This document shows, one piece after another, positions 28,319 through 42,148 of a stretch of 64,000 bases of DNA. The DNA lies in the NCBI GenBank assembly GCA_949358305.1, contig OX442314.1, positions 18,910,001-18,974,000 on the forward strand, written 5' to 3'. The position numbers and the translations under genes are program-made. How positions within the stretch are numbered: position 1 is the first letter of the stretch; every line of letters begins with the position of its first letter. This DNA is from Strigamia acuminata (taxonomy: Eukaryota). The notes beneath the pieces are model-generated. The model was not told where the DNA came from and did no database searches. It saw only the letters and a program-made list of their open reading frames with translations.

Positions 28319-31300
28319 TTGCTTTGAGCTTAAAGTAGGTTTTATATTGGTTTTTATTTAGCTTACGGTACTTTTGATTTCAAACTACTGTGCTTTTCTA
28401 CACAGTTTATGAGAAGTTTTGATTAATTTTTGGTATAAGTGTTAAATTAAACGTGGAAAAAAAATTAAAATCTAGCGACCAGAATATTTGTGAGCACAAG
28501 AAACTGTAAAATTACCTAGTTCTAGTTCGTTTATAAAAATTTGGATGACTGATGATAATAAAAAAACTGTCAGGAAACAACAAGAAAACATCGGCTAGAT
28601 TTTGATGAATTTATTACTACGATTTTTTCTGCTTCATGATAAAAAAGTAATAACTTATTTATGGTGAATTTCAAAAAGAGCATAGTATAAATTCAAGTTA
28701 CATGTCAGATTATCATGTTTACCTTCTGCTATTATCTTGCAGCTGTGGTACAATCAAAACGAACAACTTAATTATTACACACAACTAACCGTTTCATTTC
28801 TGACCGGGACATACAGTGCAGTACTTCATCTTCAAGTTGAACACGCAGTTATTGGCAATTCAAACAGTCAACAGCCATGCCATGTCAAGGGTTGTTGTTT
28901 CCAATATGTGCAATTAAAAGTAAGGTGCCATTATTTCGGACATGCTGCCACGAGCACAAATTCTGCTGTTGCTATGTTCATTGTTTAAACAATATATCAC
29001 AGTTCACACAATGAGGTCAAATGTGTATAAAATGACAATTTTATTTTGTATTATTCATACATGCTAAGTTCTCAAAATTTAATCAAAATTTTAAATTTTA
29101 ATTTTGATTAACTTTTCAATGTCATAGGCACTTTTTATTAAAAAAAGTGAAAATTTCTTTGTGGTGATGACTGCTGTATTGATTTGTTTGCATGCGATGA
29201 ATTACCGCTAGGTGCAGCACTGCGCCATTCCACGAGAACAAGCCGAGGCAAAGATACTAAAGCATGTCGACAGTTAATCCGCCGGTTTGTTCGATATTAA
29301 TAATCAATTCATTATTATATAGTGATAGAATTATCCGTTCCATAAACTTTATTTGAGATCATTAGTGTTTTGGTTTGATGAGATCCACGCCACACGGAAA
29401 TTGAACAGGTTATTTCAAAAAAGTTACCGGTCGATCACGGAATCTAGGTGATTTGTTTTTGTTATTATTAATTACATCAGTAACTTATTTTTTTTATATT
29501 TAGTCAAAGCTACGCCTATTTTATAAGCATGCTATGATGCAAATCATTTTGGGCAGACGCATACGTTTTCGCAGCTCATCTTTTGGAAATTATCATGTAA
29601 TACGGTACCTATATTATTTCCTACTTCTTACTATATTACTGTCCCTATATTATTTGACATTTTTGGACGAAAATTAAAATGATTTTTTAAAGCTATTTTT
29701 TAACAATCGTTTAAGTTTAGCAAAAATGACTAAAAAAATTAGTATTTTGATAGGCCAGTATTTAGTAGATAACTGATAGCATTTATATTCATTTTTTACG
29801 GGCATTTACACTTATTTATAGGTGTTTTTGCATTTTTTTGGAATCTTTTCATTTTCGAAATTGAGATTTTTATCGTTTTACTCTAGATCTACTCATCGGT
29901 TGATTCATCACATTCGTTTACTGACGACTCCATTTTATTACCAGTACTTAACTCGAAAAATCACGACACTTCACACGAGATTTAAAATGAAACCTGTGAT
30001 AAAAGTAAGTAGTTAAAACAGGCAAACAACTTATTCCAGCGGCATGCCACTAAACAGAGAGTTTGACCAGAGTGCGTATTTTGTGGCATGTCACTATCAG
30101 TGAATTAAAAAAAATTAAAAATGATTATTTTTAGTTTTAGTGGCATGTTAATTTAGGTATTATGGGATTAATGGAGGTTAGAACATGTTCCAAATGGGAA
30201 TTGGAAACAAATGGAATTTACTAAAATGTACTAAAGGTGGATATTTTAAAGTTTAAAATTTGGATATTTTGTTCATTTAGCATTTTTACTAATTGTTTCT
30301 GTATGCATTTAGAATGAAGTGGTTCTAGATTCTATCATCATGATAACCACGACCATGACCTTCAGTAATGGATTCACTGATTTACCAATTTCTTTTCCAC
30401 GATTATTAGAAGAGATTGAAATGACCCATCAAAATGTACACCCGTAGTAAAAAAAAAAATCGTGGCTTTAAAATCACGCTCTCAATATGAGAGGCAGCAG
30501 GTTTTTTGACCATGATTGCACATTACACCATCAAAAAGGTACGGGTACAAAATGAAGTAAAAAAAAAAAAGAAAACACTCCTTGGCTTGATAGTGGAGAA
30601 TTATTATATAAAGAAAAAAATATTATTAAAAATATTTATAAAATCTGTGAACTATAGTAATTGCTTGCTTTGCACATTAAATATTTGGTTTGTATTTTCA
30701 GGATGAATTCACTGGGCATAAATTTACTTGAGAATAATTGTGGTGAGAATACGAAATTATAGTTAAATCAAAATTGTATACAAAATTTGTTTTTGCATTA
30801 TTGCAGCTGCTCATTGCTGCAATTTTACAAAGAATTACCATCACCTTTTTTCAAGTTGCTACTGAGAAACTTTTATATTTGAAACAGGAACGAATTCAGT
30901 TTGATCAAAGGTTAGTTGTTGTATTTTATTTATTTATTTTTTTTGCTATTAGTTTAGTTTTTTGGTCTTGGAAATTGCAATTACACCCATATCAATCATA
31001 TCAGGGCTATATAAGGATGTGTCAGCATGAGAATGTAATGCTAGATAAAATTGTTTTGTATCTGTGAGGTTGAGGGATTGATCAGTGATTGGTGGCGCCA
31101 TCTTGTGTTGACCATTCATTACATTCATCAGATTGTTTAATTATTTTAGTCGTGAAAAAAATGTATTTGATTTGCGAACATTTCATGACCTTGTAGTATT
31201 TATTGTAAAGAAAACCAAAAGCGCTTCAATTCCTGACTTTTATGTGACACTTGTCATTCACCGAGTTGGCACTGGTCGACATACTATGTTGATTCAAATT

Positions 31301-32529
31301 GCAGTTTTGGAGTTTTAAGGGTTTATTCTCTTGAATTTTGGAGTTTTAAGGGTTTATTTTCTTGAATTTTGGAGTTTTAAGGGTTTATTTTCTTGAATTT
31401 TGGGTTTTGCGGCTATGCGGTTTTTTGCAGTTTTGCATTTTTTTACGACTATGCGGTTTTGCAATATACCACGTGCATTGCAGTTTTTTACGGAAACCGC
31501 ACCGCACTTGCCAAAAAAAATAGCCTATTCGCCATAATCACTTCAGCGTTTCATTTTTGAAAGCCCTTGTTGTCAATAAACTTTTGTTGGATGGGGCCTG
31601 AGTCCCCAAAAGGAACTCAGGCCCAAAATGTGACAGAGCGAGTTTTACAAGTTGACTAGTTAATTTTTATTGATGATGGTTGTCAAGGGAGAAAGTCCAG
31701 ACAATCTTACATAGTTTGAACACGTGTAAGCCTGAACATAACATTAATGTTCTGACAGATGGAATGTGACCCAGTTTCTGTTGGTTATGGTAGTTATTAT
31801 TTTTCCCACATGACGCAATAGTCAATCGGGTCTGGTTTAGCATGGTTCCATCACAGTTTACAGGTTTTGATAAAATTTTGTTTCACAAATGCAATAAAAT
31901 GGATTGAAACCAAACTTTTCTTAAGTTTTTTAGCCCTTCTTTCGTCTCATAATACTTGTTTTGAGATTTAATTAGCGACGTAAATGATTTATGGCAAATG
32001 TGCAAGACACCTGCAGAGCCACTGTCGGATTCTAATACATAAATGAATGCCAAATTGTCTGCTTCAGCTTTCAAATCACACTTTTCGATACGAAAAAGGT
32101 TTCGCAAAGTACCATTTTGTAGTGTTTTTACAACTCTGTATGTTTTGTTTTAAGATTACATAAGAAAAAATACGATGTTTTGTGTTTGTCGGCGCGGCTG
32201 CGCGCAGCAAACTCCGGCAAAATCGCTGTTATACGGGCGGACAATTTGAATTCGACCATGTGTTAACGAGGGGACCAACGACCAATTTCAATGTGTTCGT
32301 ATGGTTCCTATGTGAAATTTTCCGCTCTTTCCAATGATGCAAATAACTTTTTGATTAGGTGTATGCTTTGTTTTTTATTTTTCCAAAAATGATCTTATTT
32401 TGACAGTTTGACCGTGCCACGATTGGTTGGAAATATTTGGAATTTTCAAAAACTGACTAGACTTTTGAATTTCCTCTAATTTTTTTGCACTAGATACAAG
32501 AAAATAAAAAATGTCATGTTAAAATAAAC

Positions 32530-32774
32530 TACCGTATTTTACCGAACAAGAGTCGCCCTCGAATTGTAGCCGCCCTCGAATAAGAGCCGCGACTAAGAGA
32601 GGCGACTTGAAATAAGAGCCGCTCTTGAATAGTAGCCGCGGCTTATGTTACGTTCAATGAACGTAACATTGACATTGGCCACTATTTTAAATAAAAGCCG
32701 CCCCCGATTTGGAGCCGCGGCTCAAAGTGCCCGTTTTGAATAAGAGCCGCGGCTTTTATTTGGTAAAATACGAG
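32530..32774. mobile_element. MITE, Tc1/mariner-pogo type (TA-CCGTA terminus)
   Basis: Inverted ends ccgtattttaccgaa...ttggtaaaatacg with internal aataagagccgc subrepeats. A partial sibling starts near 33486. Confidence 0.6.
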
Positions 32775-32870
32775 TGGTTGAAAATATGAGTGGTTGACTG
32801 CTGTTACGATGCAAAATCATTATTAAATTAGTTTTCTCTTATTACTTTAACTCTGATCAAATAGTTTAAG

Positions 32871-33326
32871 TACCGTACCGCCCCGTTTAAACGCCCGAGC
32901 GTTTAATTCTTTTTTTCGACCGACCCTCCCGGCGCCTATTTGAAGCCCGGCGTTTAAACGAGACCGGCGCTTAACCCAAAAAAAGTCTAAATTACTAAAG
33001 AAAAAAATTTTTTTTTAGAATAATAAAAAATTTTTGAATTAAATATTTATTTTTTTAATTTTACATTAATCTAAACGTCCCATTTTGCTAATAAATGCTC
33101 TGAAATAGAAAAGGCACCTGCATTAGAAGTGCCAATAATTGAAGTAGCGTCAAATTTTGTGCAGATTTCGGCACGTTATCTGGACGTACCCGTCGACCCG
33201 GCGCCTATTTGAAGCCCGGCGTTTATACGGGCCCGGCGCCTATAAACTTTTGGGCCAATGACTGCCAGGTGCTTAAACGGGGCGGGCGCTTAAATGAACC
33301 CGGGCGTTTAAAGGGGCGGTACGGTA
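32871..33326. mobile_element. MITE, Tc1/mariner-pogo type
   Basis: TA-ccgtaccgccccgtttaaacgcccg...cgggcgtttaaaggggcggtacgg-TA: terminal inverted repeats with a TA duplication. Confidence 0.8.
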
Positions 33327-36243
33327 ATTTCTTATTGTTTACATGTTTACATGTTTACATGCAGTCTATCGCGGCCAAGTAGGAATGCATCTCCATGGCA
33401 ACTCCCCAGTGCAGGACCCGCCCCTTTGCTTTATAAGCTTACTGGTACCAAAAATCAACATTGCACCAAAGCGATCATTCGATAGACCGTATTTTATCGA
33501 TTAAGAGTCGCCCTCGAATTGTAGCCATGGCTACTATTTGAGGGCGGCTCTTATGTCAAATCGCCTCTCGGTTTCCAGATATTCACCCCATTGACTATAT
33601 TAAATTGGGCCATCGCTGATCGATGGTGATTACAGAGCTATGTGCTTTGCCACCAATACGAAAGCGGTGATAAGTTAATCAGTCAAGGGAGATTGTTGAA
33701 GAAGTGCCAGATCTTTGAATTTGGCCTAGGGCACCCAAACATCATAATTTTAAGTTGCAATTTCTGTAGGGAAGCAGAGCAGAATAAAAAGCAAATGTTT
33801 TAGCGTTAAGCTTTCCGGTTACATAGGATAGGTGTTGGTTTCTAATCCGTTTTATTCTTAGGAAAAAGAGACTCCCGTCGTCTTTGTGGAGATAATAAGT
33901 CGTAAGGATTTAGCTGCGTAGAAAGTCTAAGAACTGACTTGTTAACAAAACATGACTACATTTGTGTAAAATGTTGACTGTACAGGCAGCAAAGCGTGAC
34001 TTTTGAGCCGGCAAAAACGTGTGTAACGTTGGTTAAATGTCGGCAAAAACAAAAACTTAGCAAAACGTGTCCGTAACGACCGCATCGCATAATTATCGAA
34101 AAAAGGTGCAAAAACCAAACAAAACCAAAAAACACGCGATGGTTAGTAAGCGTCGAAAATCGTGACCGCATGGTGGACTGGGGATTTGGTCTATTCGCAG
34201 CTTTTTCTAGAGTGGTGATCCCCTGGTTTAGAACTTTGAAACTATTCAATTTAGTTAACAACATTCATTTGCACTTGGTGGCACTGCATATATATTTTTA
34301 TGTTTAGTTTAGTTTATTGCTTTTTTTTGGCTTTTTTTATAATAGATAATTCGCTTATTGTTTGATTTCGACATAAAAATAAAGAAATAAACTATTTGGT
34401 AGTTTGAATAATTTTAAATCGCGATTGAAGTGCTTACGCACCGGCTAAATGGACGTAAGTTCGATTGTAGACACTGCGTAGGAAATGTTGATTCTTTAAC
34501 TTTGCGCAGAGGCAATACCATAACCAATGAAGTTCTACTGAGGTGTGGTTATTGCTAGTTGAAAACTTTACCCAATACTCCGCCAATACGACCTCACGGT
34601 CAGATTAGGCAATTTTTGGAGACCTCTAAGGAGGTCAAAAATAATAAATATAAAATCAGATTACATCTCAAATTTGCTGTAATTGAAATAATTTTTAGCA
34701 GCATTAGTGAGTGTTTTCGCAGATTTCGGTGATTTCCGTGATACTTTTTGTCTCCGAAAATGAACATTCCTGAAGTGCGACTATACAGGCAAAAATGTGT
34801 ACGGAATCTTCGGATTACAGCACTGTTTTGTTTATAATTCCTTTCAATTAAAATTCGTAATAGCAGACCCTCGGACCCTGGATCGGCCATTCATACCTAG
34901 CGCATGCTTTTCCTTCCTAAAACCATTTCTGGACTCAGTTGTAGGGCCACTCCAAATGAATTCCTTTTAGTTACATTAACAATGGTACATAAATGGGTCA
35001 ATATTTGACTTATCTGACTGTCCAATTCCCAGAGTACGTTTCAGTTTGTCTTGAGGTTTGTGCAGAAAAAGATCATCTAGATACGACATTGTTCAGTCAC
35101 TTGATTAAAACAGTGGCGCCGCTTTGCACTTATCTAGCCGAACTCGCTCATGGTTGCGCGCTAGTAAAAACAAAAATATGTGACAACAATTGACACATTT
35201 CAGGGGAAGGAGAAAATAATTTTTATTATTATTATACAAGTCCAGATCTGACATTTTTTGGTTCTTTGGTTATAACGAATAATTCGTTACCGGTGCATCA
35301 AAAATATTTAACATGGTTGGCCAATCAAGTCATTTTTAAGAATTCATTATATCGATAATTCATTATATCGCGATTTCTTATAAAGCGTTTTGACTGTATA
35401 TGGTAAATCAAGGAATGGCTAATTATGCTGGTCATCTGTTTTCATCAGAACACACAAATTAAGGGACGGGTGACTTGCTGGTAATCTTGGTTATTTGTCA
35501 TCCTAGTTTGATTAAGGTACTGTTTCTGTGTTTTCCACATAGTGTGATCAAGCACCTTTTTCGTTTACTGATAACAATTTAACATTTAGCAAACAACAAT
35601 GACATATTTATATACACCGCCGTACTTTTTGGCTGCATTTGTGCTTCCAAATGTGGCCCATTGTGATTAAATGCCATGGCAAAATCGTGACATTTGCGGC
35701 TGGTCATTTTGAAATTACAAACAGGTTCTAATTGCGCATATGCAACAGTTGGATTTTGGAAAATTTTAAGGTCATTCAAAGTTGAAATCCGATTTTCTTG
35801 ATTTCTGAAAATGAAGAAAATCACAATTTTGGATATCCATTTAAGATTGAACGTACCTAATGATCTTTGACTTGAACTCTATAATACTGAGTAACACCAT
35901 GTTTTAAAATAGCAATAAGCCTTCAGGTAGGAATTTAAAAATAAATCAATCTTTTTGGAAAATTAGCTATCGACTTTAGCGTTGGTGGTAGGAAGGTTTA
36001 ATGGAAGTCTATTTCTGTGCTTCTAGTTTTATACAACGTTTTTAATCAAAATAGCAATACACTTTAAACCTATTGTGATAACAAACTGAAAGTCACTGTT
36101 TGACCAAATAGTTGTTCATTCTATCCATAAAAGAAAATCAAATCCAATTTCTACATGGACACACGCACAAAATGGCAGTGGAAGGATTTAGTCTTGCTCT
36201 TATATCTACCCACCTTCTAAACTCCAGCCATTGGAGGGTTTAA

Positions 36244-36249
36244 TATAAG
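36244..36249 (+). promoter_or_regulatory. Candidate TATA box of the CNMamide gene
   Basis: TATAAG 90 nt upstream of the ATG, in the same ATATAAGA context as the AstCCC candidate. Confidence 0.45.
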
Positions 36250-36333
36250 AGGCAACCGCAATAAGACCGAGTGCTGCACTGTTGTAAGCCAGTCTGAGGT
36301 TTAACCGTTGCTCAGTGTGTATTGTTTGCTGTC

Positions 36334-36829
36334 ATGGCATTGCACAGTTTTGGCAAAAAGGCATTGATGCTGTTGTGTATTGTGTATTGGACATGCATTT
36401 TAGCATCCAATGAAGAATCGGTTGAAACTTTAGTAAATGTTGACAAAGTATGACAAAGCACTACATCTAAACATTTGTAAGTATGCATTATTTATGTCAA
36501 TTTTGAAATTTGAAATTTTAGATAATAACTGCAAACAATGAGAAACCGATCTCAGTCGCCAATCTTTTGAAGTTATTGGCTAAGATTACAAATGCTGATT
36601 ATGAAGATGATAATCCATTGTATCCACCACTCAAAAAGAAAGTTCGTAATAAATTTCTTGGTCTGAACTACTTACCGAAGCGTAGCAACAACCCAGCTTC
36701 TGGAAATAATGGAAGTTAGTAGCAATATATTTTCGTATTAGAATTAAAAGTTTAATTGTTTTTACAAACAATTTATATTTGATAGTGATGTGTCATTTCA
36801 AGCTTTGTAATCTTGGAAGACGTCGTTGA
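36334..36829 (+). CDS. CNMa: CNMamide neuropeptide precursor, about 116 aa; predicted peptide SNNPASGNNGMMCHFKLCNL-amide
   Basis: Not in the ORF track. Exons 36334-36447 (MALHSFGKKALMLLCIVYWTCILAS...; alternative in-phase donor after 36432), 36522-36714 (...LPKRSNNPASGNNG) and 36786-36829 (MMCHFKLCNLGRRR*). CHFKxCNx-G-R is the CNMamide motif. Confidence 0.9.
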
Positions 36830-38120
36830 GTTTACTAAATCTTCATTTTCCGATAGAAAGCAATGATGATTTCGAACACAATGATTGTATAACTACTTCA
36901 AATAAAGTGTATAGAAAAAGAAACTTAAAAAAATATAATTAACAATATGTGTACTTACATATGTATTTTAACTTTGCACAATTTTAATTTTGATTGATCA
37001 CAAAGATGATTTTAAGTATGCTTTTCTTACTACTTTTCAATTTCTTAGTAGCAGGGCGCCAAAACTTATGAGGCGCATTAATATGCCCCAAATTCACCAA
37101 TTTGCTGTAAGAATTAAAGTTTGAAATCTTAAATTTCTTAAATACCACAGTAATTCCTGTTTTAAACTTTGGTTGGCATTTTTAAAGAGAACAAAATTGC
37201 TCAAAATTTTCTGAGCTTGTGCCTACAAGAGTTAGGATTTTGTTTTTTGTTTTTGATGGTGAAGATGCGTGATGAGCGCGCGAATTCAGTGTGTCGTAGC
37301 AACAACGACGAGCATTAAAAGCCTCTTAAAAGTTTGAAGAAAATTTTAGTTCCTTATTTTGTCTCCCCTCTAATTTAGGAAAATTTTAGTGACCAATTGA
37401 TTATTTTTAGCCACTAAAATTGGAGGGCGACAACTTGGGCACAACTTTTGATCCGGTTTGTTGGAAGTTGAAAACCATAAAGGTGATGAGTTTCATGTGA
37501 AATGAAAAAAGTCCTTCTTAGCTTGTAACATAAAGTAAAAGACATTTGTTACAAAACATACAATACTGAAATTGCAAACAGAATAATAATCAAAAATAAA
37601 TCAAAAATAAATTACTTAAGATACATGTGACCTATCGTCTGAGCACATACTAAACGGTGGTAGATGCACAATGTTATGTTGTGTGTGCTTACAATAAAGA
37701 ATGACATCTGTCACATTTATCCTCAAGAGTGTGACGTGATAGGTGAAACACTTAATCAACAATAGCTCTACACGGATTACACCCAGTTTATCATTCATAA
37801 CTTCATGACTGAAAAGTTTGCTGGTTTTAAGACGTTAGATTTTTCCTTAGTGTAAGGATGGGTTCTCTACTTCTACGCAAAATCTCAGCCAAACACTTTT
37901 GGAAGTTTGTAATCATTTCCAGAGAAACTATCTCTTTGTTTTGTGTATAGATTTCAAGTTATTGATTTTTTTTGCATTTGTTGCTTTCATGTTTAGCCGT
38001 TAGATGGAGTTAGGGTTACAGTATGTGAGAGTATTAATAATTTTCTTCAGTCTTCTCTACTTTCCGAGAATTAATAAGCTACAGAGCGTGACAAACACGA
38101 CTAATTCATTACTTCAATCC

Positions 38121-38907
38121 TTTTTAGACTTCTAATCTCTATGTTTAGAAAGTCTCATGAAACGGTCATGTCTGTCCGTCCGTCTGTCTGTCGTCAACGA
38201 TTCCGCAAAAACTATCGCAGCTAGAGCCAAACGGACAACGACATTATATTCAGCATACCTATATTAGTATCCTAAGGTATTTTCAGATTTCTCCGACCTC
38301 TGGTTGAATTCATAAACCGGTTTTAGTGCACTTTTAGCCGTCTATTCCATGAAAATTACGGAAATGACGTCATTTCCGTAATTTTCATGGAATATACGGC
38401 TTAGACTTGGGACAGACGGACTTTCTACGTGACCTCTACATCGCACATTTGCAACGAGTTAAATCCCGGGAAACGGGAAATTATAAAAAATAAAAAAATA
38501 AATAAATAAATAAATAAATAAAAATGAAAAAAAGGAAGAAAAAAAATTAAACACGAGGTCATTTTCAGAGAAAATCTCTGGAAATTTCTATGTTATTTTT
38601 GAGGAAATTACAGATATTTCCCCAGAAATTCACTGGAGACATCTATAATTTCCATATAAATTCTATAGAAAAAAAAACTTGAAATTAAAGATATTTCCAG
38701 AGAAGTTCAATTGAAATTACAGATATTTCCAGACAAGTTCAATTGAAATTACAGATATTTCCAGAGAAGTTCAATTGAAATTACAGATATTTCCAGAGAA
38801 GTTCAATTGAAATTACAGATATTTCCAGAGAATTTCAATCGGACAGAGGGACAGGGTTTAGAAGTCTAATATGTAATGCTTCCCTGCATTACAGATGTTT
38901 ACTTGTT
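38121..38907 (+). mobile_element. Non-autonomous Helentron-like element (HINE/DINE-1 type), copy 1
   Basis: T-run ends, subterminal inverted repeats tagacttctaa/ttagaagtcta, GTCY microsatellite, 3' hairpin tgtaatgc..gcattaca, internal 32-bp tandem array. A close copy lies at 40256-40903. Confidence 0.75.
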
Positions 38908-40255
38908 TTCAAAGAATTGTTGCTAAGTGCGAGTGTTGGGATTAGGCCTATGGGATAGATATTGCGACATACGTGATGTGATTTTTTAATTTGTGTATCG
39001 CATATTCGTATCGCAATTTGCGATATATTGCGATGATCACGTTCAGTTAGCGTGATTATCTTACCGATTCTGTAGATATAGGAATGGCGGCCAACTTTAT
39101 GTGACACATGTAATTATAAATTTAAGATGCAACTGGGGCTCACAAATAAAACTATTGGCTTTTAGAAAGCAGTCACAAATAATTAAAAACATTGCTAAGC
39201 TAATTAAACAAACTAATTTTCAATAAAATGACCTATATCTTGGTAAACTTAATAATTCAAAATAATCTTTAAAGCGAGTTGCTGTACGATTAATAAAAGT
39301 TGTAACACTCATGCTGTAACCTTTTCACACATGTGATCACTATGAGGACACGAGGGAGGGAGGGAGAATGGGCTGAGGGAAGAGTAACAGTCTCATCCTA
39401 GGGAGTGGCAGAGTAGAGAGGATCGTCCTATTAGCCCAACCATCTGCATGAAAAGGAAACCCTTTCCTCTCCGTGATCATGGGGCACATGTGAATCATGA
39501 AATTGAACATCAGCCGGTGACGCCTACACACAGCGAGCATCTAGAGCCACATGATGCCAATAAAGGCCTGAATAGGTAAGTACTGTTATTTGTTTAAGTG
39601 AGATGGAGTTTAATCGGCTTTTACTCACCCAAGATGGTAGCCGGTACAATCCAAGACCTTGCATTGCAAAGATAAAACAAACTAAATGATGACACTAGTT
39701 GAAAACAGCAGCTTGTATTCGCACAAGATAAATGTTTTCTTTTAATTATCGGAGCAGAAAGCGCAACAGTTTCGTTAATGTTTTAAAAATAATGTTTATA
39801 AAGTTTTAGTTTATATTTATAATAGTGTTATTTGTTTTTAAATGTAATATTGTAATTAGTTAAAGTGGTTTCTAGACCTCCAATTCACACATGAGTTAAT
39901 GAACACAAGGATTTCAGATAAACTTGAAGATTGAGGATATTAATTGCTAAATGGAAAGGTAAATGATCCTTTCAGTTCATGTGACTGCATTTTTAAACAC
40001 TAGGCATATTCAATCAAGTGTAATACGTTCGTGTTATGCAGTGTTATGAGATTTAACACGAGAATCTCGTGGGAAATCGTGTTTTGACCCTCGTGTTACT
40101 ACAAAAATAGCGCAACCTCTGGAGGGCCGTCTTAAAGCCGTACCGGGAGTTTCATTTTGTTTCCAGGCAGTTTTTGGCCGTGAGAATCTCCCGTTAATGC
40201 TACCTTGTAGCACGAGATACATTCAAGAACGTCAACTCGTGTTAACTAGTGCCAA

Positions 40256-40903
40256 TTTTTAGACTTCTAAACTCTGTGTTTAGAAAGTCTCATGAAACGG
40301 TCATGTCTGTCCGTCCGTCGTCAACGGTTCCGCAAAAACTACCGCAGCTAGAGCCAAACGGACAACGGCATTAAATTCAGCATACCTATATTAGTATCCT
40401 AAGGTATTTTCAGATTTCTTCGACCTTCGGTTGAATTAATAAACCGGTTTTAGTGCACTTTTAGCCGTCTATTCTATGAAAATTACGGAAATGACGTCAT
40501 TTCCGTAATTTTCATGGAATATATGGCTTAGACTTGGGACAGACGGACTTTCTGCGTGACCTCTACACCGCGCATTTGCGACGAGAGTTAAATCCCGGGA
40601 AACGGGAAATTATAAAAAAAAATGAAAAATAAAAATTAAACACGTGGTCATTTTCAGAGAAAATCTCTGGAAATTTCTATGTTATTTCTGAGGAAATTAC
40701 AGATATTTCCCCAGAAATTCTCTGGAGACATCTATAATTTCCATATAAATTCTTTAGAAAAATAAAAAAATTGAAATTAAAGATATTTCTAGAGAATTTC
40801 AATCGAAATTACAGATATTTCCAGAGAATTTCAATCGGACAGAGGGACAGGGTTTAGAAGTCTAATATGTAATGCTTCCCTGCATTACAGATGTTTACTT
40901 GTT
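40256..40903 (+). mobile_element. Non-autonomous Helentron-like element, copy 2
   Basis: Direct-orientation copy of 38121-38907 with fewer 32-bp tandem units. Confidence 0.75.
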
Positions 40904-41022
40904 AATTTTTGTGTTGTGTTAATTCTTTATTGAATGAACCATATTTGATAATTCTTAACCAAACGGAAAATGCTAGTCGTGTTAATTTTTATTGCAATGT
41001 TGTATTACATGTTATAACCGTT

Positions 41023-42040
41023 TTAAATTTCTAATATGCCGGACCATCTGAATCTGAAAAAGAATTTTTTTTTTTAAATTAAAAAAAGAAAGAAATGTAC
41101 TGTAAGCGAATTAAAACAGAAATAAAGGCAAATTGCTGACCTGCAAGATTTCAACTCTAGACTGCACTTTTCATCATTAGCAGCACATTGTTGAGGACAC
41201 TTTTTCGCCAAACAACTTTCCATGTCTACTTCATAAATTTGCTCGTCGTTCCTTTTTTATATTAAAAAAAGCACTAAGTTTTGCTACTTGCTTACCTAAC
41301 ATTACAAACTTACCGTACCGCCTCGTTTAAACGCCCAGACTCTTTAAGATATCGGACCCATTTTAGCGCCGGGCAGTCATCGGCGATCTACGGAATTGGC
41401 GCCGGCCCCGATTAAGCGCTGGGTCCCCAAAAAATCAACGATTTTTTGCGATAAAATGTGATTTTTGCAGAAAACTCACCTTTTTCAGAAAAATCGCCGA
41501 TTTTTTGGTTATGCACCGTGCCGAATAAACGCCGGGCTTCAAATTGGCGTCAGGGGGGGGGGGGGTCGCCGGGCATTAAACGAGACGATACGGTAATATT
41601 TATTCAGCTACTTACCCACAAGCTTGATCCCAGAGAAAAGTGCATGGGTTACTAGAAATTTCTCCATTACTTCCACAAACAGGGTCACGTTCTCTAGTAC
41701 AAATTTGAAGACAGCTTGTGTCCAGGCACTCTTTCCAACCAACTGGATAAACTGGGGTCTTTGATACTCTGAAAGATAGGTGAAAATAAAAATAAAATAA
41801 ATTTAAAATTTATATTTATTTTTACCCATAAACTTCGTCTTTCATGTGACACTCGTTATAATACAAATTGCCATCAGATCCACATACAGGTTTGATTGGT
41901 CTGTGTCCTGTACAGGTTACAGCAGCTGCAAATTAGAAAAATAATATATTAATTTTAATATAATGTGCTCTTTATAATCTTCAATCAATACCGTGCGCAT
42001 ATCCAATTGCTATAATTATTACAGCAAGAAATGAAAGCAT
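41023..42040 (-). CDS. Secreted Kazal-type serine protease inhibitor-like protein, about 147 aa, 5 exons
   Basis: Not in the ORF track. Exons 41992-42040 (MLSFLAVIIIAIGYAH), 41826-41925 (...KPVCGSDGNLYYNECH...), 41616-41768 (...CLQICTRERDPVCGSNGEISSNPC...), 41141-41251 and 41023-41053; all phases consistent. Confidence 0.88.
41311..41595. mobile_element. MITE related to 32871-33326, inside Kazal intron 3
   Basis: TA-ccgtaccgcctcgtttaaacgccc...gggcattaaacgagacgatacgg-TA. Confidence 0.7.
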
Positions 42041-42148
42041 TTTGGGGCAGCTTGTAACTTGAGGTATGAAATGAAAATGTATCAGTCAGCGGCAACAGAT
42101 AGAAATCTACACTTGAAAACCACCTGCTGCATATAAAACCAGTATATA

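Noticed and set aside
27800..31100. Scattered exon-like pieces (e.g. 30313-30447, reading ...DLPISFPRLL...) checked as a possible AstC or other gene
   Set aside because: PISF lacks the flanking cysteines, and the pieces do not join into a consistent frame.
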